Source: Macrostomum lignano (lineage: Eukaryota). Taken from it: a DNA stretch of 64,000 nt. Location: the NCBI GenBank assembly GCA_002269645.1, contig NIVC01001861.1, positions 124,001 to 188,000 on the forward strand. Reading direction: 5' to 3'. The notes beneath the pieces were generated by a model, which saw only the letters and a program-made list of their open reading frames with translations, was not told the origin of the DNA and made no database searches. This document shows, piece after piece, positions 62,958-64,000 of this stretch. Numbering within the stretch: the stretch's first letter is position 1; each line of letters starts with the position of its first letter. Position numbers and translations under genes: made by a program.

Positions 62958-63274
62958 ATTGACTGCTGTTGCTCTGAAACCGGCAGCTGGATTTGACCTG
63001 ATCATCAAAAAAGCTTATACTGATTTCCCAGAAGCCGCTCTGCGTTCTCTCTCAGAATATGTAATTGAGTTCCAGTGCCATCAGGTGAGAAAGCCGCAAT
63101 TGATTCTTTAATTATTGTCGCATAATTGATAGACAGAATCCCTCAATCAACCGTTGTGCACGCCACGCCATACAGGTAGATGTCTGCAGTGTAAGCTCAG
63201 AGAGATAGCTGAACAAAAATTCCTATTCGCATTTCTGTCCTTCTTATAATTATTTGCGTTGGAAGAGCTCTCAA

Positions 63275-64000
63275 AGGTAGCATCTCACCCTGAAGGGCCA
63301 CGAGGGGTAGCATCTGACCCTGAAAAGCCACAAGGGGTAGCATCTGACCCTGAAGTGTCACAAGGGGTAGCATCTGACCCTGAAGTGTCACAAGGGGTAG
63401 CGCCTGACCCTGAAGTGTCACAAGTGGTAGCATCTGACCCTGAAGTGTCACAAGGGGTAGCGCCTGACCCTGAAGTGTCACAAGGGGTAGCATCTGACCC
63501 TGAAGTGCCACAAGGGGTAGCATCTGACCCTGAAGTGTCACAAGGGGTAGCATCTGACCCTGAAGTGTCACAAGGGGTAGCGCCTGACCCTGAAGTGTCA
63601 CAAGGGGTAGCATCTGACCCTGAAGTGCCACAAGGGGTAGCATCTGACCCTGAAGTGTCACAAGGGGTAGCGCCTGACCCTGAAGTGTCACAAGGGGTAG
63701 CATCTGACCCTGAAGTGTCACAAGGGGTGGTGCCTGACCCTGAAGTGTCACAATTAGGGGTAGCATCTGACCCTGAAGTGTCACAAGGGGTAGTGCCTGA
63801 CCCTGAAGTGTCACAATTAGGGGTAGCATCTGACCCTGAAGTGTCACAAGGGGTAGTGCCTGACCCTGAAGTGTCACAAGGGGTAGTGCCTGACCCTGAA
63901 GTGTCACAAGGGGTAGCATCTGACCCTGAAGTGCCACAAGGGGTAGCATCTGACCCTGAAGTGTCACAATGGGTAGCATCTGACCCTGAAGTGCCACAAG
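63275..64000. repeat. 30-bp minisatellite (GGGTAGCATCTGACCCTGAAGTGTCACAAG), runs off the window end
   Basis: Tandem periodicity. The 266-aa ORF here is a repeat translation. Confidence 0.96.

Overview
Eukaryotic (metazoan) genomic DNA. GC-rich exons with poly-Ala/Gln/Gly tracts and introns filled with private minisatellites resemble the flatworm Macrostomum; this is inference from style only. Five host genes are supported. (1) A 4-exon Prop/PROP1-type paired-class Q50 homeobox gene (+, 3458-13808). (2) A 9-exon delta-catenin/p120-family armadillo gene ending in DSWV (-, 45430-18952). (3) A 2-exon, strongly degenerate Rho-like GTPase nested antisense in the 16.5-kb catenin intron (+, 37498-38788). 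(4) A 7-exon NEK8-like kinase-RCC1 gene with an extra N-terminal domain, a CaaX-like end and two frame lesions (+, 47669-54676). (5) An intronless globin with an N-acylation motif (+, 59772-60491). The most unusual structure is a 13.6-kb (GATA)n block in the catenin intron. It contains a recent 5'-truncated APE-RT-RNaseH non-LTR retrotransposon, followed by four tandem copies of a ~0.93-kb segment whose apparent donor lies 12 kb away (16627-17560), each copy separated by GATA tracts. tRNA-derived SINEs and about 30 simple or minisatellite arrays fill the rest. Exon models were built by hand from GT/AG sites and phase matching; no database searches were run.
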